From: Candidatus Woesearchaeota archaeon
GTDB lineage: Archaea > Nanobdellota > Nanobdellia > Woesearchaeales > UBA583
NCBI GenBank assembly: GCA_965205335.1
Contig: OZ242164.1
Span: 832,001 to 896,000, forward strand
DNA length: 64,000 bases
Direction of reading: 5' to 3'
Shown in pieces: positions 17,532 to 28,722 of this stretch (its first letter is position 1; the number at the start of each line of letters is the position of its first letter). The notes beneath the pieces are model-generated. The model had not been told where the DNA came from. It did not search any database and worked only from the letters and a program-made list of their open reading frames with translations. The position numbers and the translations under genes were made by a program.

Positions 17532-19118
17532 ATGAACAACTCAAACACTGATATTTTAGATGAAAACACAAAAAGGACTACTGGCTCTAATGCAATAATT
17601 TCAAACATTGAAGCCGCAAAAGCAGTTGCAGGCATTGTCAAAACAACTCTTGGCCCTATGGGAATGGACAAAATGCTAATTGATTCAGTAGGCGATTCAA
17701 TAATAACAAATGATGGCGTTAAAATTCTAAAAGAAATGGAAATTGAACACCCTGGGGCAAAACTTCTTGTTGAAGTTGCAAAAACACAGGAATTTGAAGT
17801 TGGAGATGGAACAACAACAGCAGTTATACTTGCTGGTGAAATGCTTAAATCTGCTCAGGAATTACTTGACAAAAAAATCCATCCCACAACAATTACAAGA
17901 ACATATAAAAAAGCACAGGAAATGGCTCTTTCAATATTAAAAAAAGAAGCAATAAAAGTTGACCCGCATAATGAAACACTAATAAGAGATATTTGCGAGA
18001 CTGCAATGACAGGCAAAGTTGCTGAATTTTCAAAAGAGAGATTATCTGAATTAATCTGTACAATAACAAAACAAATCCAGGAAAAAAACTCAATAGATAT
18101 TTCAAGAATTAAAATTCAGAAAGCATCAGGAGGGGAAATTGAAGAAAGCTCACTAATCAAAGGAATTGTACTTGATAAGAATCTTGCAAACCCAAATATG
18201 CCTAAATCATTAAGAAATGCAAGAATACTTCTCTTGTCAAACCCTCTTGAAGTAAAAGAACTTGATTCCGATGCAAAGATAAATATTAATTCTCTAAAAG
18301 AATATGAAGAATTCATGAAAGGAGAAGAGAATTATCTCTCATCAATAGTTGATAAAATAATTGAATCTGGGGCGAACGTTGTAATCTGTCAGAAAGGAAT
18401 AGATGATGATGTTGCATATCAACTTGCAAAAAACAATATTCTTGCAGTAAGAAGAACAAGAAAATCTGATCTGGAAAAACTATCATACGCATTAAATAAG
18501 AATATAATTTCAGGAACTAATGATATTAAAACAGAAAATGTAGGTGTTGCCAAAGAAGTAAATGTTCGCAAAATTCTAAATGAGAATTATGTATTTATTG
18601 AAGGTTGCGAAAATCCCAAGGCAGTAACTTTATTTCTTAAAGCATCAACTAACCATATTCTTGATGAATTGGAAAGAGCAATTGAAGATGCATTAGGCGA
18701 TGTGAACTCAATTCTTAAATCAAAGCAGATTGTTGCAGGAGGTGGAGCAGTAGAACTTGAATTACACAAACAATTAAATGAATATTCAAAAGAATTTCAC
18801 GGCAAAGAGCAATTAATAATTGAAGCCTACTCTCGAAGTTTTTTATCCATCCCAAAAATACTCTGTGAAAATTCTGGATTTGATGAAATTGAAACAATCA
18901 CAAAACTAATTTCACAGCATGAAAAAGGAAAGTCCAAATCAGGAATAAATTCATTTGAAGGTGTTGTAATTGATACAATAAAACACAAAATAATTGAACC
19001 AATCAACATTAAATCTCAAGCGATAAAATCTGCAACTGAAACCTCATCTATGATATTAAGAATAGACGATATTATAGCCGCTAAAAAACTCTCAAACTCA
19101 GATATATCCAACCTCTAA
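17532..19118 (+). CDS. ths: Thermosome (group II chaperonin) subunit
   Basis: [28 protein letters not shown] and ILRIDDII. Confidence 0.96.
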   Translation: MNNSNTDILDENTKRTTGSNAIISNIEAAKAVAGIVKTTLGPMGMDKMLIDSVGDSIITNDGVKILKEMEIEHPGAKLLVEVAKTQEFEVGDGTTTAVILAGEMLKSAQELLDKKIHPTTITRTYKKAQEMALSILKKEAIKVDPHNETLIRDICETAMTGKVAEFSKERLSELICTITKQIQEKNSIDISRIKIQKASGGEIEESSLIKGIVLDKNLANPNMPKSLRNARILLLSNPLEVKELDSDAKININSLKEYEEFMKGEENYLSSIVDKIIESGANVVICQKGIDDDVAYQLAKNNILAVRRTRKSDLEKLSYALNKNIISGTNDIKTENVGVAKEVNVRKILNENYVFIEGCENPKAVTLFLKASTNHILDELERAIEDALGDVNSILKSKQIVAGGGAVELELHKQLNEYSKEFHGKEQLIIEAYSRSFLSIPKILCENSGFDEIETITKLISQHEKGKSKSGINSFEGVVIDTIKHKIIEPINIKSQAIKSATETSSMILRIDDIIAAKKLSNSDISNL

Positions 19119-19217
19119 GTTTTGTAAACTTTATCATGATGTTCATACTTACAAAAGTAAACAATGCTCTTGTTGTCTAATAAAAAATTATTTAAATGAA
19201 CTTCCTAAGATAATATT

Positions 19218-19925
19218 ATGACTAATATTCAAGGGGTTATATTTTTTGACTTAGATGATACACTTGTTAATAAAATAGAATTCTTCAATTATGCAGTTAA
19301 GACCTCCCTGCAAGAAGTAATTGAGAATGGATTTGATAGAGCCCCTCTTGATGCCATAGTAGAAGAATATCTAAGAATATACAGAAGAGATAAAAACGCT
19401 CAAAATCACTATGATTCACTTTTCTCTAAATACTTTGAAGATGAGGATTTGATACAAAAATACACAGAAATAGCAGTTGAAACGAGACATAGAATCAAAT
19501 CCCAGAAGTATAGAAAATACAGATACAAAAGAACCAAGCAAATCTTGGAAGAACTAATTGAAAGAAATTTTATAATAGGAATTATTTCTGATGGAATTTG
19601 CTCAAAACAAGAAGAGAAACTTAAATTACTGGGAATTGATGAATTATTTGATACTGAAAATATATGGATTACTAAAAAACAAGGATTTGAGAAATGCGAA
19701 GAATTTTACAGAACAATTTACGACACATACTCACAAAAATATAAAACACTAAATATATGGATGATTGGTGATAGAGAAGATAAAGACATAACATCTCCGA
19801 AAAGAGTTGGATTTAAAACTATTAAAGTAAGAGGAGAAAATGGCTTAGATGAACACACACAAACAATAGCAGATTACGAAATAGAAGCAATAGATGATTT
19901 GGATATTTCTGCATTTAGTGAATGA
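19218..19925 (+). CDS. HAD-superfamily hydrolase
   Basis: FDLDDTL and MIGDREDKDI motifs. Confidence 0.9.
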   Translation: MTNIQGVIFFDLDDTLVNKIEFFNYAVKTSLQEVIENGFDRAPLDAIVEEYLRIYRRDKNAQNHYDSLFSKYFEDEDLIQKYTEIAVETRHRIKSQKYRKYRYKRTKQILEELIERNFIIGIISDGICSKQEEKLKLLGIDELFDTENIWITKKQGFEKCEEFYRTIYDTYSQKYKTLNIWMIGDREDKDITSPKRVGFKTIKVRGENGLDEHTQTIADYEIEAIDDLDISAFSE

Positions 19926-19928
19926 AAT

Positions 19929-20354
19929 ATGGCAAGATACATAAAAAACAAAAAGGCGAAAGGAACTCTTACTGAGAATGAACTCCTTCATACATTCTGG
20001 GACAATAACTGGGTTTGTGTTCGCGTGGCAGGTTCAGGTTCAACAAAATACCCAGCACCAGATATCTTGGCATCAAACGGATTTCGCAAAATAGTTATGG
20101 AAGTAAAAATGGTAAACGAAACAAAAAAATACTTCCCAAAAAAAGAAATAGAAGATTTAGAATTCTTTGCCCAGAAATTCGGAGCTACATCTTGGATTGG
20201 CGTTAAATTCATACAAGCCCAATGGTTTTTCATACCAACATCAGAACTCAAACAAACAAAATCAGAAAACTTTGCAATTGACATTATCACCATGAAAAGA
20301 AAAGGATTCACATTTAAAGAAATGATTGGAGAAAACCAAAATGAAAACATTTAA
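19929..20354 (+). CDS. hjc: Holliday junction resolvase Hjc
   Basis: KG..TENEL, RVAGSG, PDILA and EVK motifs. Confidence 0.92.
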   Translation: MARYIKNKKAKGTLTENELLHTFWDNNWVCVRVAGSGSTKYPAPDILASNGFRKIVMEVKMVNETKKYFPKKEIEDLEFFAQKFGATSWIGVKFIQAQWFFIPTSELKQTKSENFAIDIITMKRKGFTFKEMIGENQNENI

Positions 20355-20670
20355 CGAAAAATGCTATGAATTGCTAAGAACTGTTCCGAAAGGAAAAATT
20401 ACAACTTACTCATCTATTGCTCATGCTCTTGGTTGCAGAGCATACAGAGCCGTAGGAAATGCCATGAATAAGAATCCCCATGATACAAATAAAGTCCCCT
20501 GTCACAGAGTTGTTAAATCAGATGGTAGATTAGGAGACTACGCCTTTGCTCCTGAAATAAAAGTAAAAAAATTAGAAGATGAAGGAATTCAAATAGAAAA
20601 ATTTGGTGGCACAATAAAAGATTGGAAAATTAAAAACTTTGAAAAAGTCCTATATGAATTCAAACTCTGA
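20341..20670 (+). CDS. ogt: Methylated-DNA-protein-cysteine methyltransferase (MGMT), C-terminal domain only
   Basis: VPKGKITTY, RAVGNA and PCHRV; start set to ATG 20341. Confidence 0.9.
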   Translation: MKTFNEKCYELLRTVPKGKITTYSSIAHALGCRAYRAVGNAMNKNPHDTNKVPCHRVVKSDGRLGDYAFAPEIKVKKLEDEGIQIEKFGGTIKDWKIKNFEKVLYEFKL

Positions 20671-20675
20671 TTACT

Positions 20676-21365
20676 TTATTTATCATCCACAACAACATCC
20701 AAATTCTTATTTTTCTTCTTTAAGTATCTTGACAAATAATAACTTCCAATAAGCAATATTGTAGAGAAAATTACATATGAAATAATTGTCTTTGTTTCAA
20801 TCTCAGAACCACTTCCTATCATATGTCCGATTAAAACAAAAATTATAAGCCCGGGGATAATTCCTATAAAAGTTCCAAGAGCAAATTCTCTTTGTTTCAT
20901 CTTAGTCAAACCTAAACCATAATTAACGGCATCAAAAGGAGCCCAAGCTAACCTTAAAATAAGAGTTGTTGTAAACCCATCCTCTGTTGCTCTTTTATCA
21001 ATTTTTTTTACCCATGAAATATTATAATCTCCATCCTTTCTGAAATACCTTGCAACAAAAAATGCTAGATTAGCTGATATGTTCTCACCAATTGTAGTAA
21101 TGATCATACCCCATACAGGTCCAAACAAAGCTCCTGCAAGAGTAGTTAAAATAGATGCTGGGAAAAAAATTAAAGGACGAATAGTATAAGCAATAATAAA
21201 GATGACCCCTGCCCAAATCCCTAAATCTGCCGCCCATCTATCAATTATATCCCCAACATGAGAATAAATATCAAATATTGAAACACCATTATAAATAAAA
21301 TACCCAAAAAAACTTCCAATAAGAATTAGCCATAAAATTCCTATCACAATTTTTGCCCTTTTCAT
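20676..21365 (-). CDS. TVP38/TMEM64 (DedA/VTT) family membrane protein
   Basis: PASILTTLAGALFG, LRL...PFD.VNY..G and GTFIGIIP. Confidence 0.9.
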   Translation of the reverse strand: MKRAKIVIGILWLILIGSFFGYFIYNGVSIFDIYSHVGDIIDRWAADLGIWAGVIFIIAYTIRPLIFFPASILTTLAGALFGPVWGMIITTIGENISANLAFFVARYFRKDGDYNISWVKKIDKRATEDGFTTTLILRLAWAPFDAVNYGLGLTKMKQREFALGTFIGIIPGLIIFVLIGHMIGSGSEIETKTIISYVIFSTILLIGSYYLSRYLKKKNKNLDVVVDDK

Positions 21366-22030
21366 TTTCTCTTAACACTGTCTGAATTTATATCAACATA
21401 ACCATTTGCTATAAGATTGCCAAGTTCGGTAAGCCTTATACAAATCCTCGATTTTGTCCTCTTAGTCTCAACCAAATTCATTGAAACCAAACCCATTGAA
21501 TCTCTATTTCCTCTAAGATGATATGCGATAAGAGGAAGAGACATCTTGGATTTCTTTGAAAGCATCTCCATAGAATCAAACTTTCCATTATCATTAATAA
21601 GTCTTAAAATCTCCATTTTCTTATCATTTACCGCATTATAATATGAAAATTTCATAATTGGATACGTTATAATCTCATCGCCTAAAATTCCAATTGCTGC
21701 AATCCCATTAACAAATGCAGAAGACAATGCAAGACATGAAGTCATATAATCACAATCTACATTAATTACAATAGTATCTCCTTTATATAAAGACTCAATA
21801 TCGCGAATCTTCATAAAAACCTCTTCAATATTAGGAAAATCTGAAATCTCATAAACATCAATATCTATATCATGTTTCTCTAAATTTCTCTCAATTCTTT
21901 TTGCAGATTTAATGTATTTACTCTTTACCAAAAGAACAATAACATCAGGATAAAATCTCTTAAAACCCTTAAATAAAATCTCTTCACAGTCCTTATCTTC
22001 CCCAACAATTCCAATTAAAACATTTGCCAT
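21362..22030 (-). CDS. CARF-like Rossmann domain + winged-HTH transcriptional regulator (Csa3/DUF6293-like)
   Basis: N-terminal alpha/beta pattern with IVINV..., ALSSAF and YP; C-terminal wHTH ending LTELG. Start set to MANVL. Confidence 0.6.
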   Translation of the reverse strand: MANVLIGIVGEDKDCEEILFKGFKRFYPDVIVLLVKSKYIKSAKRIERNLEKHDIDIDVYEISDFPNIEEVFMKIRDIESLYKGDTIVINVDCDYMTSCLALSSAFVNGIAAIGILGDEIITYPIMKFSYYNAVNDKKMEILRLINDNGKFDSMEMLSKKSKMSLPLIAYHLRGNRDSMGLVSMNLVETKRTKSRICIRLTELGNLIANGYVDINSDSVKRK

Positions 22031-22134
22031 TTTTCTTATTTTTATATGAACATACAATAAATACTTTAATTAAAAATATTATTTAATTTATAAATATTAG
22101 TTTTAATCCTTGACAAAACTATGATAAAGAAAAT

Positions 22135-23685
22135 CTATTGATAACTTAGATTTACATACTCCTCAAGATCATAATAATTAGATTCATTAATCCCCAAACT
22201 CTCCTCTAAACCATATAAATGATTATAAGAGCAAACACCTCTTCTCCAGATGCAACTCTCCTTATTATTACAAGCCTTCTCACTTTTAATATCATAACAA
22301 TTTAAGGCTACACACTCTCCATATCTGAAAGTACAATCAGACGAATTCTCGCAACTAATTTTATCATTAGACTTAGTAAAACACAAATAATCAACATCAC
22401 GAACACTGCAATAAAAATTCTCACAAATATCATCAATACATACATCTCCTGATAAAGTTCTATCCAAACCATTAAACCTATCAATTTCAACTAACTTAGT
22501 CTCACCACCTTTAATGCTAAAATCTGAAGACACAGTATCTAACACTTCATCACTATAAAGATCTCCATTATTAACAGAAACCTTTGAACTATGATCTACA
22601 ATACCTTCTAACATTACTCCTATCTTATCTTTACTGCATGCAGTATCAGAAACAATCACTTTAATAGGCAACTCAAACTCAGAATCATCAATATTTCTAT
22701 CAATAGATATTATATTAAACCCAAAAACTTTATTATATACATCTTCATTAGTTATCTTGGACTTTGTTGAAAGTTCAATGCTCATCTCAAGAGGTACACT
22801 TGTTTCTCTCTCAAAACAAATTCTTATAATACCCTTATCGGATTCATCTACATCTCCTGTATCTAAATCTCCCATTAAATCCTCATAAATACCATCCCTA
22901 CCTATTAATTCCAAATACCTGTTCCAATCACTAATATGAACAGTAAAACTATCACATGTCCATTCCTTTATCTTTTTAGAACCATTATATTCAATTCCAA
23001 CAGTGCCGTTTTCAAGTACTGTCTCAAATTCCTCTGGTGTAAAGACTTCCCTAAAATCTGGGGTGTCCATTGCTCCCAAAAAATCTAATGAGTTATCACT
23101 TTGACCATCATCACTTCTCTTACATGAATATGAACTCTCTCCTAAAAAGCCTCCCTCTGTGCAAGTAATATTAACATATCCAAGATTAAACTGGTCAAAA
23201 ATAATCTTTCCGGATTCACCTAAAAATGAAATTATGATCTCAGAAGTCATTCTCTCCTTACCATCCTTTGTGGCAAATCTGGCTTTCATGCTAAACCCCT
23301 CTGAAAGAATCCCAAGAAACCCAACATCTACATCATACGATAAAGCCACATTATCCATATCCCCAAAATTATTCACATGCATTATATATTCATCATAAGG
23401 ATTAACAAAATAATTTCTTATATCATCATAGAACAAATAACTAAAAACCCCAATTAATAATAAAAGAACTATAATTATCCCCCAAATCAAATTTGTATGT
23501 TTCCTCCTGCCAGAATCAGGAGATCCCAATTCAGACACACTCTCAAGTTCTCTGTATATCTTTTCAATTTGTTCTCTCTTTGCTCCTGCGCTAATTAATT
23601 TATCTATTATTACATCTTTTGAATATGAATCCTTGTATTTAGAAACATAATCTCTAATTATATTCTTATCCATACTCAAACTCAT
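22135..23685 (-). CDS. Hypothetical single-TM surface protein with Cys-rich C-terminus
   Basis: TM at about aa 66-85; acidic ectodomain; many C-terminal cysteines. Confidence 0.65.
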   Translation of the reverse strand: MSLSMDKNIIRDYVSKYKDSYSKDVIIDKLISAGAKREQIEKIYRELESVSELGSPDSGRRKHTNLIWGIIIVLLLLIGVFSYLFYDDIRNYFVNPYDEYIMHVNNFGDMDNVALSYDVDVGFLGILSEGFSMKARFATKDGKERMTSEIIISFLGESGKIIFDQFNLGYVNITCTEGGFLGESSYSCKRSDDGQSDNSLDFLGAMDTPDFREVFTPEEFETVLENGTVGIEYNGSKKIKEWTCDSFTVHISDWNRYLELIGRDGIYEDLMGDLDTGDVDESDKGIIRICFERETSVPLEMSIELSTKSKITNEDVYNKVFGFNIISIDRNIDDSEFELPIKVIVSDTACSKDKIGVMLEGIVDHSSKVSVNNGDLYSDEVLDTVSSDFSIKGGETKLVEIDRFNGLDRTLSGDVCIDDICENFYCSVRDVDYLCFTKSNDKISCENSSDCTFRYGECVALNCYDIKSEKACNNKESCIWRRGVCSYNHLYGLEESLGINESNYYDLEEYVNLSYQ

Positions 23686-23790
23686 ACAATCTTAATTTTT
23701 AAACATATCTTACTATTTATTAAGAGACATCATTTTAAGTTAAACAATAAGAAAATCATATATTCATAGTTATATTAAATCATACAGAAT

Positions 23791-24780
23791 TTACTTCTCA
23801 GATTCCTCTTGCTCCTTCTCATCCTCTTCCTTCTCTTTTTCTTTCTCTGGTTCTAATCTTTCACCTAAATAAATTTTATTTATCTTCCCAACTCTAATCC
23901 TATTTAATATCCTCTTAGAATTCAACTTTGTAATTATCTTGCTTAAATTTGACTTGGATATAGATGGAAGATGATTCAAAATATCATATTGTGAAATTCC
24001 ATTATTTTCCTTTACAATATCTGCTACATCTTTCTCATTCTCTGTTAAATACTTCTGAGTCACCTCCTCATACTTATCAGAAATCTCCTTTTCTTCATCC
24101 TTTGATACCCCTTCTGCCTTTGGCTTCTTCTTTACTCTATCCTTCCTTTTTAGTCTTATAAAAAACGTCAAAAACACTATCACAATTATTACAAAGACAG
24201 CTATTATAAGAATTGCTATTATTCTAAAATTCTTAGACCAGAAACTCTCTGAAACCTTTTCACTCCCGAAATTAACTAAAAATAAAATATCCGATGTTAC
24301 GTTTTCACTTTCCCACTCAACGTTATCCCTTGTTTGCGTGTAATCTCTTGGAAAAATTTCAGTTATATCCCCAAAATTTTCATACATTTCCATACGATGA
24401 ACTAATAATTCTACTGGGAAATCAAAATCGGAGTATATTGAAAATGATTTTTTGGAAACTACCTCCTCTGACACACTATATGAAATAAACCTAACTGAAA
24501 AATTATTATTTCTTATCTCATCGGGTCTTAGAATTAAATAATCCCCTACTGTTGTGTATTTTAAATCCTCTCCATCTTGATTTATTGCATAATCTATCTT
24601 TGCATCCTCACTTGGTTTTTCAAATGAAAATCTCTTATAATCATCCTCTTCATCAAAATAGAAATTATATGTAAATATAGTATTCTCTGAGAAAATATCA
24701 GACTTAATTTCCACAGTAACTCCAAATGCAGAACCTAAGCAGAAAAATAGCATTAATATCACAAAAATACGTGTATACAT
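23791..24780 (-). CDS. Membrane-anchored protein with extracellular beta domain and cytoplasmic wHTH (COG2512-like)
   Basis: Signal peptide, TM, then LTENEKDV...GISQ..I...SKSNLSKII..L...G.IN.IYL. Start set to MYTRIF, 25 nt from TTTATAAA. Confidence 0.75.
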   Translation of the reverse strand: MYTRIFVILMLFFCLGSAFGVTVEIKSDIFSENTIFTYNFYFDEEDDYKRFSFEKPSEDAKIDYAINQDGEDLKYTTVGDYLILRPDEIRNNNFSVRFISYSVSEEVVSKKSFSIYSDFDFPVELLVHRMEMYENFGDITEIFPRDYTQTRDNVEWESENVTSDILFLVNFGSEKVSESFWSKNFRIIAILIIAVFVIIVIVFLTFFIRLKRKDRVKKKPKAEGVSKDEEKEISDKYEEVTQKYLTENEKDVADIVKENNGISQYDILNHLPSISKSNLSKIITKLNSKRILNRIRVGKINKIYLGERLEPEKEKEKEEDEKEQEESEK

Positions 24781-24880
24781 ATTATTATTCATATAAGAAT
24801 GAAGATTTATAAATCTTTTCAAACTCTCTAGTATATAGCATTTCATCACTTAAGAAATATTAAAGTAGGAGAAAAGTTAA

Positions 24881-25618
24881 ATGGATGATAAAGACACAAA
24901 TATAAAGCATATTGGGTTTATAATGGATGGCAATAGACGTTATGCTAAAAAATTAGGTGTTGATAAATCGGAAGGTTATAAAGCAGGGCTAAACACATTT
25001 CTAAAATTTGTTTCATATCAGATTAAACATAATATTTACGAAACCAGTTTTTTTGCTCTCTCTGAGGATAATGTCCAGAAAAGAGGTTCTAATGAACTTG
25101 AGGTATTAGGGGATATTGTAAAATCTTTTTTTGAAGATGAGAATGTTAAAAATTTCTTCATATCAAATAAAATCAAAGTAAATTTAATTGGAGATATTGA
25201 AAAACTTGAAAATCATAAAAGTCTTAAAGGAAAAAAGATAAATAAGAAGGCTGTTAATTTATGGAATCTCAAAAATAAAAAACACAAATTTATTGTAAAT
25301 ATACTTATGAACTATGGCGGTGCAAGCGAGATAATTAATGCCACAAAAGAAATCTCTAAAAGAGTTTTAAATGGAGAAATTAAGATTGAATCTATTGATA
25401 ACAAACTAATGAAAAAATATATGTGGACATCTAACTCCCTACCCCCTCAGATAATTGTCAGAACAGGAGATTGCCCCCGTTTATCTGGATTTTTATTATG
25501 GGATTCAAAATATTCTGAAATTTATTTCACTCATAAACTATGGCCTCAGATGGATGAATCAGATTTTGTAGAAATTCTTGATTGGTATAAAAAAATTCAA
25601 AGAAACTTTGGCAAGTAA
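24881..25618 (+). CDS. uppS: Polyprenyl diphosphate synthase (UppS family cis-prenyltransferase)
   Basis: HIGFIMDGNRR, NYGG and RTG..RLSGFLLW. Confidence 0.93.
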   Translation: MDDKDTNIKHIGFIMDGNRRYAKKLGVDKSEGYKAGLNTFLKFVSYQIKHNIYETSFFALSEDNVQKRGSNELEVLGDIVKSFFEDENVKNFFISNKIKVNLIGDIEKLENHKSLKGKKINKKAVNLWNLKNKKHKFIVNILMNYGGASEIINATKEISKRVLNGEIKIESIDNKLMKKYMWTSNSLPPQIIVRTGDCPRLSGFLLWDSKYSEIYFTHKLWPQMDESDFVEILDWYKKIQRNFGK

Positions 25619-25662
25619 GTTCTTAAATTCAGAAAATAAAAAACTATTCTAAGAGAATTATT

Positions 25663-26814
25663 CTAATACAAGAATTCGTTCTTCTCAATTATAAATTCCT
25701 TAATTTCCACAGGTTTTGTTATTATCTTGATTTCATTTGTTCCAAACCTTAAATAAGATACAATTGATTTAATCTCATCACGTTTTAAACTCATAGTCTT
25801 TCCATTCAGCCTTATATCAATAACTTCCTTATCAAAATCCCCATACATTATCACATCAATTATATCATTAAACGAATTTATTGTAAACTTGTATACCTGC
25901 TGGTCATTAAAATAAACCTTATTAATTGAATACGCAACAGTATAGAAACCATTTGTTTCAAGTTCTAACACATTTGCATCTGGATTTAATATATTCTTAG
26001 GTACATTACCTGAAATTTTATTATACCTTGACAAGCAACGAGGATTTTCATTTGATATAGTATACCCATTAACAGTAATCTTAATTGCCTCAGAAACCTC
26101 TTTCTTTACATTACACTCAACTACTAAATCAATAAATACTCTCTCAAGAAACTTCTCATTATCGATCTGAAAATTGAAATCTCTTTTATTATTTTCCTGA
26201 TTATAAATAACCTCTGCAACTCTAAACTCTGAAATATCCATCTTATTCCAATTAATTATATTATACCATCTTGGCTTCTCTAATTCAAAAGATAAAGTTG
26301 TTTTCGTAAAATTTTCAGGATTTTGTATCCTTATTGGAACCCTGATGGGAATATCAGAATTTCTGGCAAGGGTTTTAATAAACTTCTTACCATCAACCTT
26401 AATTATCAAATGATTATCTCCCCAAACCCTGTCAGGATTAAAATACAGCAAAATATGCTTCACATCTTGAGGATTTAAAAAAGTTAAATCCATCTCATAA
26501 TTGTTAGCACCAATAAAATTAGCATTTAACCTAAATGAACTTCCTAAATAAATCACATTTGTAACTTCCTTTGAACCTAACTCTATATTTGGAAAACTCT
26601 CAGTTACTCTTCGTTGCCTTCCTATATCCGTATCATTTAAATAGAATAAATAAGAATCATAAGAATCAGAATCTCCCCCTTCTCCCTTTTTCTTTATGAA
26701 TGGGTTATCTGAATCATCTGAACCAAAAAAAATAGAGCCTACAACTAATAAAAGTGCCATAGCTATTATCCCTATAGCCACTTCATTTACACCTTTTTTA
26801 TTTCCTATATTCAT
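25663..26814 (-). CDS. Hypothetical exported protein with class III-like signal (KKG|VNE)
   Basis: Basic leader ending in KKG followed by a hydrophobic stretch; beta-rich body. Confidence 0.6.
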   Translation of the reverse strand: MNIGNKKGVNEVAIGIIAMALLLVVGSIFFGSDDSDNPFIKKKGEGGDSDSYDSYLFYLNDTDIGRQRRVTESFPNIELGSKEVTNVIYLGSSFRLNANFIGANNYEMDLTFLNPQDVKHILLYFNPDRVWGDNHLIIKVDGKKFIKTLARNSDIPIRVPIRIQNPENFTKTTLSFELEKPRWYNIINWNKMDISEFRVAEVIYNQENNKRDFNFQIDNEKFLERVFIDLVVECNVKKEVSEAIKITVNGYTISNENPRCLSRYNKISGNVPKNILNPDANVLELETNGFYTVAYSINKVYFNDQQVYKFTINSFNDIIDVIMYGDFDKEVIDIRLNGKTMSLKRDEIKSIVSYLRFGTNEIKIITKPVEIKEFIIEKNEFLY

Positions 26815-26815
26815 T

Positions 26816-27316
26816 TTAGATATTCACCACATGTTTTTGCATAATTGTCCTAATTGCCTTTATATCCTTCATAAGAATCATAGAACACTTAGTTATTTCA
26901 TCATTTGCAAAATACTTATCATATAACTTAGAACCGAATTCCATAAGTGCACTTCTAGTTCTCTTTTCCTGAAAATCAGGCAGAACATATGGATTAATTA
27001 TGATGCTCACATTTCCCTTTGCAAGAATTTTTGTTTTACCATTAACCTTAACTTCCGTACCCTTTCCTCGCATGCTAATTTTAAGAGATAGAATTAACAT
27101 ATAATAGTCTGTATATTCCAAATCAGCCTCAGCATATGAATCCATACGCTTTACTCCATCCGTATTTTTCTCAATATAGTTCTTCTCAGTCCAATCATAA
27201 TGTCTTTCATCCTCTATAAATCCTCTTATTTCATCATACAACTTATACATGTCAAAATAACCATCAAAAGAATACTGTTTCTGAGAACCTGCAGGAATTT
27301 TATCTAAGCTACCCAT
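26816..27316 (-). CDS. Hypothetical protein
   Basis: 166-aa ORF translationally coupled to the 26814 gene, with TATA upstream. Confidence 0.65.
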   Translation of the reverse strand: MGSLDKIPAGSQKQYSFDGYFDMYKLYDEIRGFIEDERHYDWTEKNYIEKNTDGVKRMDSYAEADLEYTDYYMLILSLKISMRGKGTEVKVNGKTKILAKGNVSIIINPYVLPDFQEKRTRSALMEFGSKLYDKYFANDEITKCSMILMKDIKAIRTIMQKHVVNI

Positions 27317-27425
27317 AATATCTGTTTATATAACATGTTTCTGTTTTATAAATATTTCTCTTAACGTTGCCGTTAGGTTTAAATAATTAGAAAATTTTTT
27401 AAAGAAGGTTTACTGTTTTTTTTAT

Positions 27426-28598
27426 ATGGTTCATATATGTCTTAGAAGGAACTTCAAGAAAACAACTGAAATGAGTCTAATTCGTTTGGTTACATCATCA
27501 TCTGTTGCTATTTTTGTAACTGTCTGGGCTTTATACTTAGCATCATTTAATTTACCTAATTCAGTAATAGGATTTATTGCAGGTGCTCTTATGTTAGTTT
27601 CATTTGTGTTTTCTTTTTATAGCCCTTTTATTCTTGAAAAATTTGGGGATTATGTAATCTTGAAACTTAGTGTTTTTATGATTTTTATCTCCTTTCTGTT
27701 AATATACTTCTTTGACAATTTGTATGCATTTTTAATTCTTAGTTTTGTCTATACATTATTATATGTTTTAAAAACGGATAGCTTTGACATATTATTTAGA
27801 GATGAATCTGATATTGACAGTCTTAACAAAGTTGAAGGATTAATGTATGCATTATTTAACTTTGGACTTTTTGTCGGGCCATTTATTGCAGGATATATTA
27901 TGCAGTTGTTTAACATTAGAAGTACTTTTCTTGTGGCAGGTTTACTAATGCTTGCAGCATATTTTATGTTTTATTCAATGAAAGCCCAAATACCATACAA
28001 AGAAAAAATTCAGAACTCTGAAAGTGCACTTCATTTAGCTAAAGCTTTTGTTGAATATAGAAAAACCATACTGCCATTTCTAATTGTTTGTGGAATGTAT
28101 ATCTGGTGGTCTATGATATACATATATATCCCATTGTATATTATAGATTCGGGTTTTGATACAAGTATAATAGGTTTTTTTATGGGCATTGTTTTATTGC
28201 CTCTTGTAATAAATGATTACTTTATAGGAGTTTTATCTCAGAAGTATGGTTTTAGAAAATTTTTCATTACTGGGTATTTTATGTTATTTGTCTTATCTCT
28301 TGTTATGTTCTTTCTACATGGTAATTTATATTATGTTTTAATTCTGTGTTTTATAGCATCATTTATGATATCTCTAATTGACCCTCTTCAAGACAGTTAT
28401 TTCTTTAAACAAATCACAAGAAGTTCTGATGAGGAGAGATTTTACCCAATCTTTGCAACCTCTGAATATTTTGGGCATTTTATAGGAAGAATTGCTCCTG
28501 CTGTTGTTCTATTATTTTTACCTGTCTATTACATCTTTTTATCAATTTCTTTTTTTATGTTCATTCTGTTTCTAATAAGTTTAAAAGTAAGAGATTAG
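27426..28598 (+). CDS. MFS transporter
   Basis: About 12 hydrophobic segments; GxLSQKYGFRK motif A-like; GLFVGPFIAG. Confidence 0.85.
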   Translation: MVHICLRRNFKKTTEMSLIRLVTSSSVAIFVTVWALYLASFNLPNSVIGFIAGALMLVSFVFSFYSPFILEKFGDYVILKLSVFMIFISFLLIYFFDNLYAFLILSFVYTLLYVLKTDSFDILFRDESDIDSLNKVEGLMYALFNFGLFVGPFIAGYIMQLFNIRSTFLVAGLLMLAAYFMFYSMKAQIPYKEKIQNSESALHLAKAFVEYRKTILPFLIVCGMYIWWSMIYIYIPLYIIDSGFDTSIIGFFMGIVLLPLVINDYFIGVLSQKYGFRKFFITGYFMLFVLSLVMFFLHGNLYYVLILCFIASFMISLIDPLQDSYFFKQITRSSDEERFYPIFATSEYFGHFIGRIAPAVVLLFLPVYYIFLSISFFMFILFLISLKVRD

Positions 28599-28722
28599 AT
28601 TTTGTAATATGAATTCCTTCAAGTCAAGTCCAACTTTTTATCCTAGATTTTAGTTTATCTCATTAGTTTCCTACTATGCAAGTACAAAAAGCATTTAAAA
28701 TATTACTCACTTGGGATATAGC

